This document shows positions 32,659 to 43,434 of a DNA stretch of 64,000 nt, in pieces. Every line of letters starts with the position of its first letter. Within the stretch, counting starts at the first letter, position 1. The stretch spans positions 1,472,820 to 1,536,819 of the forward strand of contig OZ245878.1 of NCBI GenBank assembly GCA_965229365.1. The letters are read 5' to 3'. The DNA is from Methanocorpusculum sp. (lineage in GTDB: Archaea; Halobacteriota; Methanomicrobia; Methanomicrobiales; Methanocorpusculaceae). The notes beneath the pieces were generated by a model. The model made no database searches. It saw nothing but the letters and a program-made list of their open reading frames with translations, and was not told where the DNA came from. The position numbers and the translations under genes were made by a program.

Positions 32659-33909
32659 TCAGGACCGGCGGATCGTTACCGACGCGGCATGGGCGGCAAG
32701 TCCTTCGGCTTCGGCAAGGATCTCCACGACATCGCCGATCGTGTCCAGGCCTTCTTTTGTGACCATCTGGACCTGCGAACGTTTCATGAAGTGGTGAACA
32801 TCCAGCGCCGAGTAGCTATTTGCATATCCAGCCGTTGGAAGAACGTGGTTGGTTCCGGACGCATAATCCCCGCAGGCGACCGGCGTGTACGGGCCGATGA
32901 AGATCGAACCTGCGTGACGGATCTTTCCAAGCGTCGTAAGAGGATCGACAGTCTGGATCGACAGATGCTCCGGAGCGATCTCATTCATCAGATCGATCGC
33001 CTCATCTAGATCTCCGGCGATCAAATAGCCTGAGTGGGCCAGAGCTTTTTCCATGATCTCACGACGCGGAGCGGACTTTATATGCTGTTCAATCTCGTCC
33101 CCGACTTCCAGAGCGATCCGCTCGGATGTGGTCACGAGAACGCAGGCCGCGTTTGGATCGTGTTCTACCTGGGCAAGGATATCGGCTGCGATGAATGCAG
33201 GGTTTGCCGATTCGTCCGCAAGAACGCTGATCTCGCTTGGTCCGGCCGGGAAGTCGATCTCTGCATACTCTCGAAGCAACATCTTCGCCTGAGTGACGAA
33301 GACATTTCCCGGCCCGACGATCTTTTGGACCGGGCGGATCGTTTCAGTTCCAAGAGCCAGCGCTGCTATTGCCTGAGCTCCGCCGACAGAGTAAGCTTCC
33401 GTAACGCCGGCAATATCGAGAGCGACCAAAGTCAGCGGGTTTACCGGCGGCGGGGTGAAAAGAACGATCTCCGGAACGCCGGCAACATGGGCCGCGACTG
33501 TGGTCATAAGGACAGTGGAAGGATACGCCGCCCGACCGCCGGGAATATAGGCACCGACACGGTCGAGAGGCGTCGTTTTAACGCCGAGCGTGATGCCTGG
33601 TTCGGTTTCCTCCAGCCATAGAGATTTATCCATCTGGAGTTCGTGGAACTGGGTGATGCGGGCCTCGGCCTCGATCAGAGCCTGAACGAGGGCAGGGTCG
33701 ACCTCATCATACGCTGCATCGATCGCTTCCCGGGATATTCCAAGCGAGGAAAGTTTCTGCTTATCGAACTTTTCTGTCAGCGCAAAAAGAGCGGCATCGC
33801 CATTTTTACGGACATCCTCGATAATTGCCCCGACTGATTCCTTTACGTCGGCCAGCGACCCACGGCGCATCGAAACCCACAACTCAACATTAAGCGGCTG
33901 CCATAACAT
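32659..33909 (-). CDS. hisD: histidinol dehydrogenase
   Basis: 416 aa; [21 protein letters not shown] zinc/NAD motifs. Confidence 0.9.
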   Translation of the reverse strand: MLWQPLNVELWVSMRRGSLADVKESVGAIIEDVRKNGDAALFALTEKFDKQKLSSLGISREAIDAAYDEVDPALVQALIEAEARITQFHELQMDKSLWLEETEPGITLGVKTTPLDRVGAYIPGGRAAYPSTVLMTTVAAHVAGVPEIVLFTPPPVNPLTLVALDIAGVTEAYSVGGAQAIAALALGTETIRPVQKIVGPGNVFVTQAKMLLREYAEIDFPAGPSEISVLADESANPAFIAADILAQVEHDPNAACVLVTTSERIALEVGDEIEQHIKSAPRREIMEKALAHSGYLIAGDLDEAIDLMNEIAPEHLSIQTVDPLTTLGKIRHAGSIFIGPYTPVACGDYASGTNHVLPTAGYANSYSALDVHHFMKRSQVQMVTKEGLDTIGDVVEILAEAEGLAAHAASVTIRRS

Positions 33910-33950
33910 GATAAACAGTATGGGATTTGAAAAGATTTAGAGTATGGGGA

Positions 33951-34433
33951 TTACTTTTGCGTGTTTGCTTCCCATTCGTCCATTTTTTTCTCGAGGATCA
34001 GAGTAGCCGACCCCACAAATTTTGGACAGAGCGTTTTAAACAGACCTTTCTCCTTGATGACTGTCAGTTCATTTTCCTTCATTACATTGTACCCAAGGAG
34101 ATCCCGGCAGAAGATCGAGCCGTTTTCCGCTTTGAACGCGTCGAGAAGTTCCAGCGTTTTTTCATTCGTATCTGCCTTTTCTTCAACATCTTCTGCTGTG
34201 GAGGCGCCGTATTTCAGACCGATGACCATCAACGCACCCGTGACTGCGCCGCAAACCTCGCCGCACCGCATACCTGAGCCGAAACCTCCGGCGATTTTTG
34301 TTGCGGTCTTTTCATCGACACCGAGGTCTTTCGAGAATGAGGAAAATACCGACTGCGCACAGTTTAACCCTTGGGAAAATGTAGCTACTACTTTCTCTGC
34401 ATGATCCATACGTAAATCCCTTAAAGTTATCAC
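33951..34433 (-). CDS. C_GCAxxG_C_C family protein
   Basis: GLNCAQSV ... CGAVTGA signature. Confidence 0.55.
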   Translation of the reverse strand: MITLRDLRMDHAEKVVATFSQGLNCAQSVFSSFSKDLGVDEKTATKIAGGFGSGMRCGEVCGAVTGALMVIGLKYGASTAEDVEEKADTNEKTLELLDAFKAENGSIFCRDLLGYNVMKENELTVIKEKGLFKTLCPKFVGSATLILEKKMDEWEANTQK

Positions 34434-34449
34434 ATTAATTGTGAAAAAA

Positions 34450-34956
34450 TCATTCGGCGAGCAGTTCGACTTCCATTGAAAGACGCCAGATCTTTCGTTT
34501 CGGACGGGTAGGCAGATCTGCGATCTGCATCATGCGCTGATAGATCGTGACCTCGCGCGACCCGCTCACGAGATTGTCGGCATGCGCTACGATCTTCTCT
34601 TCAAGCGTCTCCAGAATCACAGAAACAGGGGAGAGACCCAGAAGCACCGATTCATCCTCGGTTAGACCGGCGCCCGTATGCCGTCCGACGATTTTGATGA
34701 TATCCTCGGAAAGGTCCAGGCGGCGGCAGATCTTCGCCCCTTTTCCGGCATGTTTGATAGAATGCGTCTTCGATCTCCCGATGTCATGCAGCATCGCCCC
34801 GGCATGTACCAGATCGGAATCGACCGATTCGCCAACATAACGTGCGGCGACCTCGGCAACTTTTTCGCAGTGGGAAACGACCCCGGCGTCACAGCCGGCG
34901 GAAAAAAGAGTGTTGGAATATTCAGGCATTATCAAGTGCGGTCTGCATCTTGGCAA
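34450..34956 (-). CDS. HD-domain phosphohydrolase
   Basis: H...HD(IGR) ... HTGAG metal-ligand pattern. Confidence 0.6.
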   Translation of the reverse strand: MPRCRPHLIMPEYSNTLFSAGCDAGVVSHCEKVAEVAARYVGESVDSDLVHAGAMLHDIGRSKTHSIKHAGKGAKICRRLDLSEDIIKIVGRHTGAGLTEDESVLLGLSPVSVILETLEEKIVAHADNLVSGSREVTIYQRMMQIADLPTRPKRKIWRLSMEVELLAE

Positions 34957-35557
34957 GGCGTTTTTTCAGCGCAGCAACGATCAATTCGTCATCGAAATGC
35001 ACCAGCATGGTCCCGCACTGAGGACAGGCGAAGTTGGTCATCATTGCATTATTGAAGGTTGTCGTGATACCGCAGTTTTTGCATTGATAGAAGTCGTTCG
35101 CCTCGTCATATCTCAGCCGTGCAGCAAGTTTTCCTGCCGCGACCTCCATCTCGTTGCGCAGAACCATGTTCATATGATCCATACGCATAAGCCAAAGATA
35201 CGTCAGCCAGCCGGTCTCATTATTTTTGATCCTGCGGTACTCTGCAAGACGGTGTTCATATAAATTATAGAGAGTGTGACGAACCGAGTTCAGATTGATG
35301 TCTGTTATTTCGGCAATCTCTTCGTCACTGCGTTCCACTTCGATGAGTTCCTCGTCGGAACGCTTGGATTCGGCAAGGAACCGTGCCTTATCGAATGCCT
35401 TGAGATCTTCACTGCTCAGCTTTTCCTCTACCCATCTGCGTGCGTATGATATATCAGACCAGCGGCGAATGAGTTCCAAACCCTCTTCCCCGACCAGTTT
35501 GAGCAGATATTGATAGATTGCCGGATTCCCGAGTTGCTCTTCTGTGATGACCGTCAT
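34922..35557 (-). CDS. tfe: transcription factor E (TFIIE-alpha homolog)
   Basis: N-terminal winged helix; C-terminal zinc ribbon CKNCG ... CPQCG. Confidence 0.75.
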   Translation of the reverse strand: MTVITEEQLGNPAIYQYLLKLVGEEGLELIRRWSDISYARRWVEEKLSSEDLKAFDKARFLAESKRSDEELIEVERSDEEIAEITDINLNSVRHTLYNLYEHRLAEYRRIKNNETGWLTYLWLMRMDHMNMVLRNEMEVAAGKLAARLRYDEANDFYQCKNCGITTTFNNAMMTNFACPQCGTMLVHFDDELIVAALKKRLAKMQTALDNA

Positions 35558-36627
35558 TCCTTAATAAATTGTAGGGCATCCCTAATATGTTTATCCAGCG
35601 AGGAGAAGGCACCCTCTCGGGTCGGCCCGGAACCGGTCACGGAAAACATAACCTCTCCTTCTTCAAAGGATGTGCCAGGGTGTGGAATGTCGGTGATCGT
35701 GCTGCGCAGAGCGGACATTTCTTTTTGGATCGTGATGGGACGTGGGGCCGCAAGGATCCTTCGAACGCCGAAACACACCGGTTCATGGCGTTTTTTCGGC
35801 AGGATGCCCATACAGGCATCACGGTGCAGCGAAAACAGATTTATCCCGAGAGCGGTTTCGACCGTCTCGACGGTTCCCTGAAACCGCGGATTTATTTCGA
35901 TCGCATAGGCCTCGTCATCGGTCAGGACGAAGTCCACCCCGACCGAACCCACACAGCCGCTCGCCGCGATGATCGTCTCCGCATACTCCATCATGCGGTC
36001 TGCAAGCGGGTGCCTGCACGGTGTCAGCGAACCGGAGAAGGCATAGGCACAGGAGTCGCCGCCCCGGAGGATCTGCTCGTTTGCGCAGAGAGCAAGGGCG
36101 GTATCTCCTGTTCCAAGGCACGAGACGCTTGCCGGTTGGCCGTCAATCGGCTGTTGAGCCATGCGGGGAACATACCCCGCAAACGCTTCCCAGGCTTCGC
36201 GTTCGGCATCGGAGTGAACGCAGGCATTCCGCCATCCTCCTGCACCGGATAAGATTTTCATCATCGCCGGATACTCGCCCGGACCGAGTCTACGGGGGAC
36301 GGGAACGCCGATCTCCTCAAAAAAGTCCTGGGTCTTTCCCTTATCCATGAACCGTTCCGCGATGTCTGCGGTAGTTCCAAGCCGTTTCTCTATATCAAGG
36401 AGTTCGGCGCCGGATGTGGTAACGATATGGTCGATATTATACCTCTCCAGCATCTCTTCCACCGCAAACGGCAGCTCATCCTGTTCATCGAAGGCGAGAT
36501 GATCTTTTGTGTACCAGATCAGATCCTGATCGCTGAAATGATCAACAGCATATACGTCATAACCGGCACGGGCTGCCGAGGCGGCAACGTGGCGGGTCGT
36601 ATATCCGGCGACGAGAACACTCTTCAT
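35554..36627 (-). CDS. ATP-grasp carboxylate-amine ligase (COG2232-like, MfnD / tetrahydromethanopterin-glutamate-ligase type)
   Basis: 357 aa; ATP-grasp fold order with the EINPRFQG motif. Confidence 0.5.
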   Translation of the reverse strand: MKSVLVAGYTTRHVAASAARAGYDVYAVDHFSDQDLIWYTKDHLAFDEQDELPFAVEEMLERYNIDHIVTTSGAELLDIEKRLGTTADIAERFMDKGKTQDFFEEIGVPVPRRLGPGEYPAMMKILSGAGGWRNACVHSDAEREAWEAFAGYVPRMAQQPIDGQPASVSCLGTGDTALALCANEQILRGGDSCAYAFSGSLTPCRHPLADRMMEYAETIIAASGCVGSVGVDFVLTDDEAYAIEINPRFQGTVETVETALGINLFSLHRDACMGILPKKRHEPVCFGVRRILAAPRPITIQKEMSALRSTITDIPHPGTSFEEGEVMFSVTGSGPTREGAFSSLDKHIRDALQFIKE

Positions 36628-37178
36628 AATGTTTCTTGGTCGTGTTTATGTTTGATTGTGGTCTTCCCGATCTTCGTCGGCAGGACTTCAAACTCGGCGT
36701 ACGGAAATGCAAGGTCAAGTTCCTTTCCTTCATAGAGATGATCCAGACAAAGGGCAAGAGCGGATATCTCAGAGTGGGGCTGATTTGCGACGGCAACATT
36801 GTAGTCGGCAAGTTCATACAGATCGCCCGGGACTTTTTCCGCACCTACGACGATCATGACCTTCTCCTCCTTTCTGATATCGGCGATGACGTCCTGAAGC
36901 CGGAGACCGTACATCGTCAGGTGAACGACTTTTCCGCCGCTCTTTTTGAACTGGTTGATGCAGGATTTCCATTTGACATTGTTTTCGCAGAAGAAGGTTC
37001 CGCCGAACCGGGTCGCGACATCGGTGATACTGTCGGCGACCTTTGCATCGTCGGCCGCCAGATACATACCGCTCGCCCCAAGAGCACGTGAGCTTAAACC
37101 GACATGGGTGGTGACACGCTGATCCCTTTCGGGACGGTATCCTATTCTGAGGATATAGGATTCGGGTTTGAGATTCAT
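36624..37178 (-). CDS. trm56: tRNA (cytidine56-2'-O)-methyltransferase (SPOUT)
   Basis: [26 protein letters not shown] matches the aTrm56 N-terminal signature. Confidence 0.7.
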   Translation of the reverse strand: MNLKPESYILRIGYRPERDQRVTTHVGLSSRALGASGMYLAADDAKVADSITDVATRFGGTFFCENNVKWKSCINQFKKSGGKVVHLTMYGLRLQDVIADIRKEEKVMIVVGAEKVPGDLYELADYNVAVANQPHSEISALALCLDHLYEGKELDLAFPYAEFEVLPTKIGKTTIKHKHDQETL

Positions 37179-37441
37179 TTTCGTACCTTGATGATGCCGT
37201 CTTCAATGTAAATGTCGGAGGATGCATGCTGTATTTCGTTCATCATGAATATATCAGTGATCGAGAGAGCACAGACAACCTCGCCTTTTACATGGATAAG
37301 ACAGGCTTTTTGGAGGCGTGCAAGAGAAGACCTGATTTCATCATCAGAGAATCCGGACTGTTCCGCAAGTTCGGTGATCGTCCGCTTTCCATTCTCCGGG
37401 ATCATATGAAACATTGTCCAGTCCACGTCCTCATTTCTCAT
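37175..37441 (-). CDS. small winged-helix DNA-binding-like protein
   Basis: 88 aa; [23 protein letters not shown] resembles a wHTH recognition helix. Confidence 0.3.
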   Translation of the reverse strand: MRNEDVDWTMFHMIPENGKRTITELAEQSGFSDDEIRSSLARLQKACLIHVKGEVVCALSITDIFMMNEIQHASSDIYIEDGIIKVRK

Positions 37442-37478
37442 GTCCTAACAATTAGGAAGAGATAGACATTATACTTTA

Positions 37479-37916
37479 TTGATTCACGCAACAGAAAAGT
37501 ACAACGTAATGGCATATACCTCCATCTCGGATCTTGATTCCCTTGCCGATGAACTCTACGAAGCATCGGGGGACGATGACTTCAGACTCGCCGAACTCCT
37601 TCGTCAGCTCCCAAAAGAGACGGCGGTCCTGCTCTGCACATCGAATCTTACCAATGCCCTGCAGACATACATCTATGCATTTGAGGAGGAGCCGGAGATC
37701 GATATCTATGAACGCCTGCTGCTCCAGCCCTCTTCGCAGATTGCGCGCGGGATAAAAATCGCAAATGTGGAGCTCGCCGAGATCATCTTCGGATTCGATA
37801 AAAATAGCTCGCTGTTTTTCATCGCGGTTTGGGATGGAGAAAAGTTCCTCAAATCATTTTCCGGACCCGGGTCATACCGGGAAGCGGTAAAGTATGCAAA
37901 AGAGATTTCCGCCTAA
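37479..37916 (+). CDS. hypothetical protein
   Basis: 145 aa ORF, no recognisable motifs. Confidence 0.3.
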   Translation: MIHATEKYNVMAYTSISDLDSLADELYEASGDDDFRLAELLRQLPKETAVLLCTSNLTNALQTYIYAFEEEPEIDIYERLLLQPSSQIARGIKIANVELAEIIFGFDKNSSLFFIAVWDGEKFLKSFSGPGSYREAVKYAKEISA

Positions 37917-38686
37917 CCTTTCGTGATCAGATCATAGCTGACATGTGCCGGCACGATCGCGGGCAGATCTCCCAACCTGCCGATCCAGTCGCCAATTACC
38001 GCATACACGGCGAAAACCGATGATCCTTCAACTTTTTTCATTACCTCTGCAAAGTTTTCCGGCGTGAGGATATTACAAAGACTCGTGGCCCAGGCATCCG
38101 CCTTTGCAGGATCATGGGAAAAACAGGTTACTACGTCTGCGGTCCCAAACGAGACCGAAGGCCCGACGCTCGCTGACGAGGTGCATATTCCGAGGATTTC
38201 TGTCTGCGGAGGAATGATAAATGCTAACTTTCCCGAAGATGGGGCGGAGCCTGCATAGATTCCGACCCGCAGCTCCCTATCCGAAAACAACACGATATCC
38301 CCGCCGTTGTCGATCAATCCGAAGGAAGCTCCTGCATTTTGCATCGACTCGACGCCTGCCCAGCCGATTGTTGCCGCAACGGCCGCCATAGGGCCGACAT
38401 CCGCCTCGAACGATGCATCGGCCATACACCGGATCGACTCCGGCGCTTCTGCAGGGGCAGAGACCGGACTGTAACTCATCTGAAAAAAGGGATCAGTCAG
38501 TAGATACTCCTCAAGACCGGTCCGGGCAGCTATCATCCCCTCCTTTGCCGCTTCGATGTGCGAGGCATCGTCGGCTAAGATCGTGGTGATTGTTTCACGG
38601 TACGTGAACTTCTCGCGGATCATTACTTCTGAATACTCAGAGCACGCTGGGGGCAGTAGGTTGTGCATCTGCCGCAGAGGACGCAC
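37913..38686 (-). CDS. UPF0280 / ApbE-like family protein
   Basis: 257 aa; overall similarity pattern to archaeal UPF0280 proteins (recall-based). Confidence 0.45.
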   Translation of the reverse strand: MRPLRQMHNLLPPACSEYSEVMIREKFTYRETITTILADDASHIEAAKEGMIAARTGLEEYLLTDPFFQMSYSPVSAPAEAPESIRCMADASFEADVGPMAAVAATIGWAGVESMQNAGASFGLIDNGGDIVLFSDRELRVGIYAGSAPSSGKLAFIIPPQTEILGICTSSASVGPSVSFGTADVVTCFSHDPAKADAWATSLCNILTPENFAEVMKKVEGSSVFAVYAVIGDWIGRLGDLPAIVPAHVSYDLITKG

Positions 38687-39009
38687 CGCTCTGACTCGAC
38701 GACAAGCTGCCAGTTTTCATCGAATGAGAACACCTGTTTTTGACAGATACTGATACATAGTCCGCAGTCCACACAGTCCGTACGGCTGTGAGACACCGCA
38801 TCCTTTTGAATGCGGATAGAAACACCTGTTCTGGTAAGTGCCGCGATGAATTTACCTGAATCCTTGTCAGCGACATCGAGGAGCGCCCAGCCTTCATCCC
38901 CGTCGATAAGGGCGCGTTCCACATTCACCATCACGCCGGATCTGAGGATGGCGGCCGCGATGTTTGGATACTGGACTCCGTCCGAATCGAACTCTACCAT
39001 CAGTTTCAT
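38623..39009 (-). CDS. NIL-domain 4Fe-4S ferredoxin (MA1822-type partner of COG1900 protein)
   Basis: N-terminal NIL-like domain; CVDCGLCISIC and CVLCGRCTTYCP clusters. Confidence 0.6.
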   Translation of the reverse strand: MKLMVEFDSDGVQYPNIAAAILRSGVMVNVERALIDGDEGWALLDVADKDSGKFIAALTRTGVSIRIQKDAVSHSRTDCVDCGLCISICQKQVFSFDENWQLVVESERCVLCGRCTTYCPQRALSIQK

Positions 39010-40514
39010 CTTCGTCCCCTCCCGCCGACAAGATCTCCAAGATCATAGGAGTTGAGCATGCCGAGGATATGTCTGGATGCATCGATCACAACAAGGGCGC
39101 CGATGTTGTGCTGCTGAAGGGTCCGGGCGGCAAAGTCCACCGGCGCGTCCGGCGCGATCGTGATGACGTTTTTGGTCATGATCTCTGATACGGTCATATC
39201 CTGCTCATCGTTTGCAAAGGCTTTGGAAACATCGTAGGTCGTAACGATGCCGATAAGTCTGTTCTCCGAATCGATCACCGGAAGATGGTTCGTCTCGCCT
39301 TTCATAAGCCGTTTGGCAGCTTCCTTAACGCTCTCCTGTCCCGTGATGGTGACGAAAGTCGCCACCATCATCTCGTTGACATGACAGACATACCCCTTCT
39401 CCGCCATGGGTTTGTTTATTTTCTGGGAATCGATCGGCCTGGAGGCCAGCGCCATCATAAAAGAGCCGTTTTCGATCAGGTTCTTCAGTTCGGCCGCGAT
39501 CTCACGTGCCTTCTTGTAACTGGAGAGCGGAGAACAGCGGACCTCTTCGCCGTCGATCTCGACTGAGCCGCTTTTCAGCTCGGCGTAGGTGACCTCGCGG
39601 ATCACGGGTCTGTCCCTGAACGGCGTTCCGTAATCGACGATACTTGTCTTCAGATCCTCGTCGCGGACCGCAGTGTGCTTAACAATCTCCTCGTTTAAGA
39701 GGGGGATCGGGATACCTATTCCGACATACATCGTCACACCGTATCCGGTCATAGTGGCAGCCCGGATAAAATCTGGAGACATATCTTTCATATTTCCGGA
39801 GGTCATGAGGGTCCCAAACCCGGATCCGGGAGAAGACTGCGTGCCTTCTCCGACAACAACTCCGTTCGCTCCGCCGATAAAAATCGGAGTGCCTGACCCG
39901 ATTACCGACAAGGTAGGGTCGTTTGGAAGAGGAGAGAGACAGCCGGCTCCCGAGTAAGTGATATTTCTGTGAGACGGAAGAAGGAATCCCATATATGTTC
40001 GTATTGCCCGATCACTCATATTCGTTGCTGCATTATAGGATTGATACGAGTTTCGCGGGTTGACCATGATCGCCTGATTCAGTTCATCAATGGTAAATTC
40101 GTTGGTTATTGAAGTTCTCGGGTAGCAGTCGGTTCCTTTCGCCCGGGCGTGGAGTTCCACGGACTTGCCGGAGATCAGATCCTCGATGACATGGGCCCCT
40201 CCGTATTCCGCGTTTCGGGTGGTGGACTCCTGGGTTGCCCCGATATAACAGTCGACTGCTGCAACGCCGGCATAGGCCTCGACATTGTTCAGCCACATTT
40301 TTTCCATTCTTATTGGGATTTCGGGATGGCCGAAGTTCAAAAAAGCTCCGGACGAGCACATCGCGCCGAAAGTACCGGTGGTGACCACGTCCACTTCTCG
40401 AAGTGCCCCGGTAACGCCGAGTTCTTCGACGATATCCGGCATCTCTTCAGCGCTGACCACACGGACACTTCCATCACGAATACGTTCATTTATTTCGTCG
40501 ATGGATTTGTACAT
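39006..40514 (-). CDS. COG1900 (DUF39) protein with two C-terminal CBS domains: L-aspartate-semialdehyde sulfurtransferase-type homocysteine biosynthesis enzyme (MA1821 family)
   Basis: 502 aa; DUF39 core, then HLPVIDSENRLIGIVTTYD and IGALVVIDASRHILGMLNSYD CBS pairs; adjacent ferredoxin partner. Confidence 0.75.
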   Translation of the reverse strand: MYKSIDEINERIRDGSVRVVSAEEMPDIVEELGVTGALREVDVVTTGTFGAMCSSGAFLNFGHPEIPIRMEKMWLNNVEAYAGVAAVDCYIGATQESTTRNAEYGGAHVIEDLISGKSVELHARAKGTDCYPRTSITNEFTIDELNQAIMVNPRNSYQSYNAATNMSDRAIRTYMGFLLPSHRNITYSGAGCLSPLPNDPTLSVIGSGTPIFIGGANGVVVGEGTQSSPGSGFGTLMTSGNMKDMSPDFIRAATMTGYGVTMYVGIGIPIPLLNEEIVKHTAVRDEDLKTSIVDYGTPFRDRPVIREVTYAELKSGSVEIDGEEVRCSPLSSYKKAREIAAELKNLIENGSFMMALASRPIDSQKINKPMAEKGYVCHVNEMMVATFVTITGQESVKEAAKRLMKGETNHLPVIDSENRLIGIVTTYDVSKAFANDEQDMTVSEIMTKNVITIAPDAPVDFAARTLQQHNIGALVVIDASRHILGMLNSYDLGDLVGGRGRR

Positions 40515-40554
40515 ATAAATAATATTTAATTCCGCTCATCCCATATAAATGGCG

Positions 40555-40928
40555 TTATATTGGGTGCGGATAATCCTGTTTTGCCCGAATTACGGCCCGG
40601 ATTCCGCCGCGGGGATTGGGTGCATCGCCCGCATACCGCGGTATGAGATGAAGATGGGCATGCATGATCGTCTGACCGGCAGCCTCCCGCAGTTCACCCC
40701 GATGTTGTATCCCGCAGGCGAGTAGATTGGGTCCAGATATTCTTTGGCGCGTTCGATAAGTTCGCTCACCGCCGCATGCTCTTCTGGAGTGAGATCGAAC
40801 CAGGATGATACATGACGGCGGGGAATAATAAGGACATGACCCGGCGAAACTGGATACATATCATATTTGACATATGCGAGGGCATTCCCAAACAGGGGCG
40901 TGTCCACGTCGCAGAACGAACAGGTCAT
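40555..40928 (-). CDS. HIT-family (histidine triad) hydrolase, frame broken at a G-run near 40685
   Basis: ORF 40590..40928 lacks the triad. Shifting one nt after NIGVNCG gives ...GQTIMHAHLHLIPR (H-x-H-x-H-xx). Confidence 0.6.
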
Positions 40929-41785
40929 ACGTTTTTCCGCGTTCCTTTGCCGAGCATCGACCGGATATCGTCTCTGTAAATGAACAGGATATCACGGATG
41001 TTGCTGATTAGGCCGGGTGAGAACCGGAAAAGGAGGTAGGCGATCACGAGAATGAGAAGGAACGCCGCCCCTTCGCATATGACATTGTGCGACCAGAAAA
41101 AGCTTGCATATCCGGGAATCGTCGGGTGAGCCAGCTCGTCTTCGAACCAGGGAAACCACTGCCCGAAGTAAGCCATGACGACGAAGACGTTCCTAAAGAT
41201 GTTTATGATAAAGATCGGCACGGAAACCAGAAGCGTAAGCCCGATCTTCTGCGCCAAGGATGTTTTGGTGAGGGCTATCACGCCTAAGAGGATCGCGATC
41301 GCGGTAATCCCGGTGCATCCGAGAATGATCTGATCCATATATCCGTATGTCTGACCCGGGATGAGCCATACAGATTCGAACATATTCCAATCAGCCATGA
41401 TGTAGGGAAAACCGATCATATCGAACACCTTTTGAATACAGAACACGACGACCGAGATAAGCCAGTCGCCGAGTTGAGTGAACACGGCAAACGGGACATA
41501 GATGATCCCGCAGATGGCCGCCGCGTAGGTGAGTCTGAGGATGTGCTGATCCCGAACGAGCAGACGTTTGACGGTAATATATACGAGCGGGATTCCGGCG
41601 ATGGCGAGCAGCGGGTAGAAAATGTTTCCTTCTTCAAGAAGGGACGGAAGCATCAGAAGGAAGCTGAGTTCCAGCGTGATCCACCCGACAATCGCGGTAT
41701 ATTTATCATATTTTCCAGGAATCAGCGTGAGAAGAAATGCGACCAGACTGATGATTAGTGTGCAGAGTATCAGAGTATCCAGCAT
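40925..41785 (-). CDS. archaeosortase/exosortase-family polytopic membrane protein (ArtA-like)
   Basis: 286 aa, about 8 TM segments, candidate active-site Cys in ILGCTGITA and a conserved Arg; family call is tentative. Confidence 0.4.
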   Translation of the reverse strand: MLDTLILCTLIISLVAFLLTLIPGKYDKYTAIVGWITLELSFLLMLPSLLEEGNIFYPLLAIAGIPLVYITVKRLLVRDQHILRLTYAAAICGIIYVPFAVFTQLGDWLISVVVFCIQKVFDMIGFPYIMADWNMFESVWLIPGQTYGYMDQIILGCTGITAIAILLGVIALTKTSLAQKIGLTLLVSVPIFIINIFRNVFVVMAYFGQWFPWFEDELAHPTIPGYASFFWSHNVICEGAAFLLILVIAYLLFRFSPGLISNIRDILFIYRDDIRSMLGKGTRKNV

Positions 41786-41887
41786 ATCGATGTTTATTGG
41801 TAGGGCATAGTTGGATAAATGGGTTTGCCAGCCGAACCTGCCGGTTTCATAAGGCTATTTAACATTGAAAAACCAATAGTACATTCT

Positions 41888-42208
41888 ATGATGTTCTGCC
41901 CAACATGCGGGAAGCTGATGAAATCAAAGGACGGCCAGCTGTGCTGTTCAAAATGTGGATATACCGAAACCATCACCGCCGAAAATAAGGAGCAGATGAA
42001 AAAAGTCGCGTACATGCAGGAAAACGACATTCTAATCGTGGAAGAAGGCGCGGATATAGGAACCAAACCAACAATCGCCATCAAATGTCCAAACTGCGGT
42101 CACGGCATTGCCGAGTGGTGGCTCCGTCAGTTACGCAGTGCAGATGAATCAGAAGTACGGTTCTTCCGCTGCACGAAATGCAAACATACCTGGCGTGAAT
42201 ACGACTGA
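41888..42208 (+). CDS. tfs: transcription factor S / RNA polymerase subunit M
   Basis: N-terminal zinc ribbon MMFCPTCGK ... CSKCGY and C-terminal C4 ribbon CPNCG ... CTKCKHTW. Listed ORF start 41819 is probably upstream of the real ATG. Confidence 0.8.
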   Translation: MMFCPTCGKLMKSKDGQLCCSKCGYTETITAENKEQMKKVAYMQENDILIVEEGADIGTKPTIAIKCPNCGHGIAEWWLRQLRSADESEVRFFRCTKCKHTWREYD

Positions 42209-42279
42209 GCAGATTTCTTCACTCTTTTTTAAGCATTCCACACGAGTATTTATATACTAACCTGTATTAACTTATAAAT

Positions 42280-42849
42280 ATGTCAAACCTTCCCGAAGAC
42301 TCGCTGAAGATTGAAAACATTGTTGCATCAACCAAGGTGAATGACAGTCTTGACCTGGTGGCGCTCGCCGCCCAGATTCCGGGAGCGGAATATAATAAAC
42401 AGCGTTTCCCCGGAGTCGTCCTGCGCATGCAGAATCCTAAGATCGCGGCCCTGGTTTTCGGATCGGGTAAAGTCGTTCTAACCGGTGCCAAAAGTCTTGA
42501 AAATCTTACCAAAGGCCTGGAATATCTCTTCACCCTCCTAAAGGATCTCAAAATCGAGATTCTGGACAACCCGACCTATACCGTTCAAAACATCGTCACG
42601 TCAGCCGACCTTGGAAGCCGCATCAATCTCAACAAAATCGCGATGAGCTTCAATCTGGACAAGATCGAGTATGAACCCGAGCAGTTTCCGGGCCTTGTCT
42701 ACCGGCTCGATGATCCGAAAGTGGTCGTTCTGCTCTTCGGTTCGGGAAAACTTATCATCACCGGTGGGAAGAAAACGGCCGATGCAAAGAAGGCGGTCAA
42801 AAAGATCTACGATGATCTGATCTCTCTCAAACTCCTGCAGATAGAATAA
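42280..42849 (+). CDS. tbp: TATA-box binding protein
   Basis: Two imperfect repeats IENIVAS ... and QNIVTSADLG ... Confidence 0.9.
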   Translation: MSNLPEDSLKIENIVASTKVNDSLDLVALAAQIPGAEYNKQRFPGVVLRMQNPKIAALVFGSGKVVLTGAKSLENLTKGLEYLFTLLKDLKIEILDNPTYTVQNIVTSADLGSRINLNKIAMSFNLDKIEYEPEQFPGLVYRLDDPKVVVLLFGSGKLIITGGKKTADAKKAVKKIYDDLISLKLLQIE

Positions 42850-42922
42850 CCAATACTGATTTTCACTCTGTTTTTTGTATTTTTCGCCGAGGTAAGCGGA
42901 GGCTTGAAAAAAATTCAGGGAT

Positions 42923-43381
42923 TTAACCCTGATAGGCGACCTCGAGACTGCCGTTGGCAATGGTCTTACCGTCTCGGAGTGCCTCGATCACTTCATCCAT
43001 TTTGGCATTTGCCGGAATGACCAGCTGCTCGACCCTTCCAAACACCTGGAACAAAAGCCGGTCGGTGATCCCGAGACCCGGCGAGGGGCCGTGCCAGGCA
43101 TGCTCGCCGAAGTCGTTGAGCCCCTGAACGGCGGGGAACGGGAATTTCGGAGTTGGACCGGCGTCGTATCCCGGCGGGATGTAGCCGACAGACGGGATGT
43201 TCCAGATCGACCAGATGCATTTGTAATTTTCGCCGCCGGATTTATTCTGGACGATCATGCTTACATACTGAACCTCTTTGGGTACACCCAGAAGTTCGAT
43301 CTTCGGAGAGATGTTTCCTCCGTCAAAGGTACTCGACGCGGTCAGACCATGAGTTCCTACATGAATGGTGATAGTGTCCAT
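42923..43381 (-). CDS. phosphatidylethanolamine-binding protein family (YbhB/YbcL-like)
   Basis: WNIP ... GP.PP ... H pattern. Confidence 0.55.
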   Translation of the reverse strand: MDTITIHVGTHGLTASSTFDGGNISPKIELLGVPKEVQYVSMIVQNKSGGENYKCIWSIWNIPSVGYIPPGYDAGPTPKFPFPAVQGLNDFGEHAWHGPSPGLGITDRLLFQVFGRVEQLVIPANAKMDEVIEALRDGKTIANGSLEVAYQG

Positions 43382-43434
43382 GATCTATACTTATACAGGC
43401 ACATTAATTAAAGTATAGGTCGAGTTACTAATCC

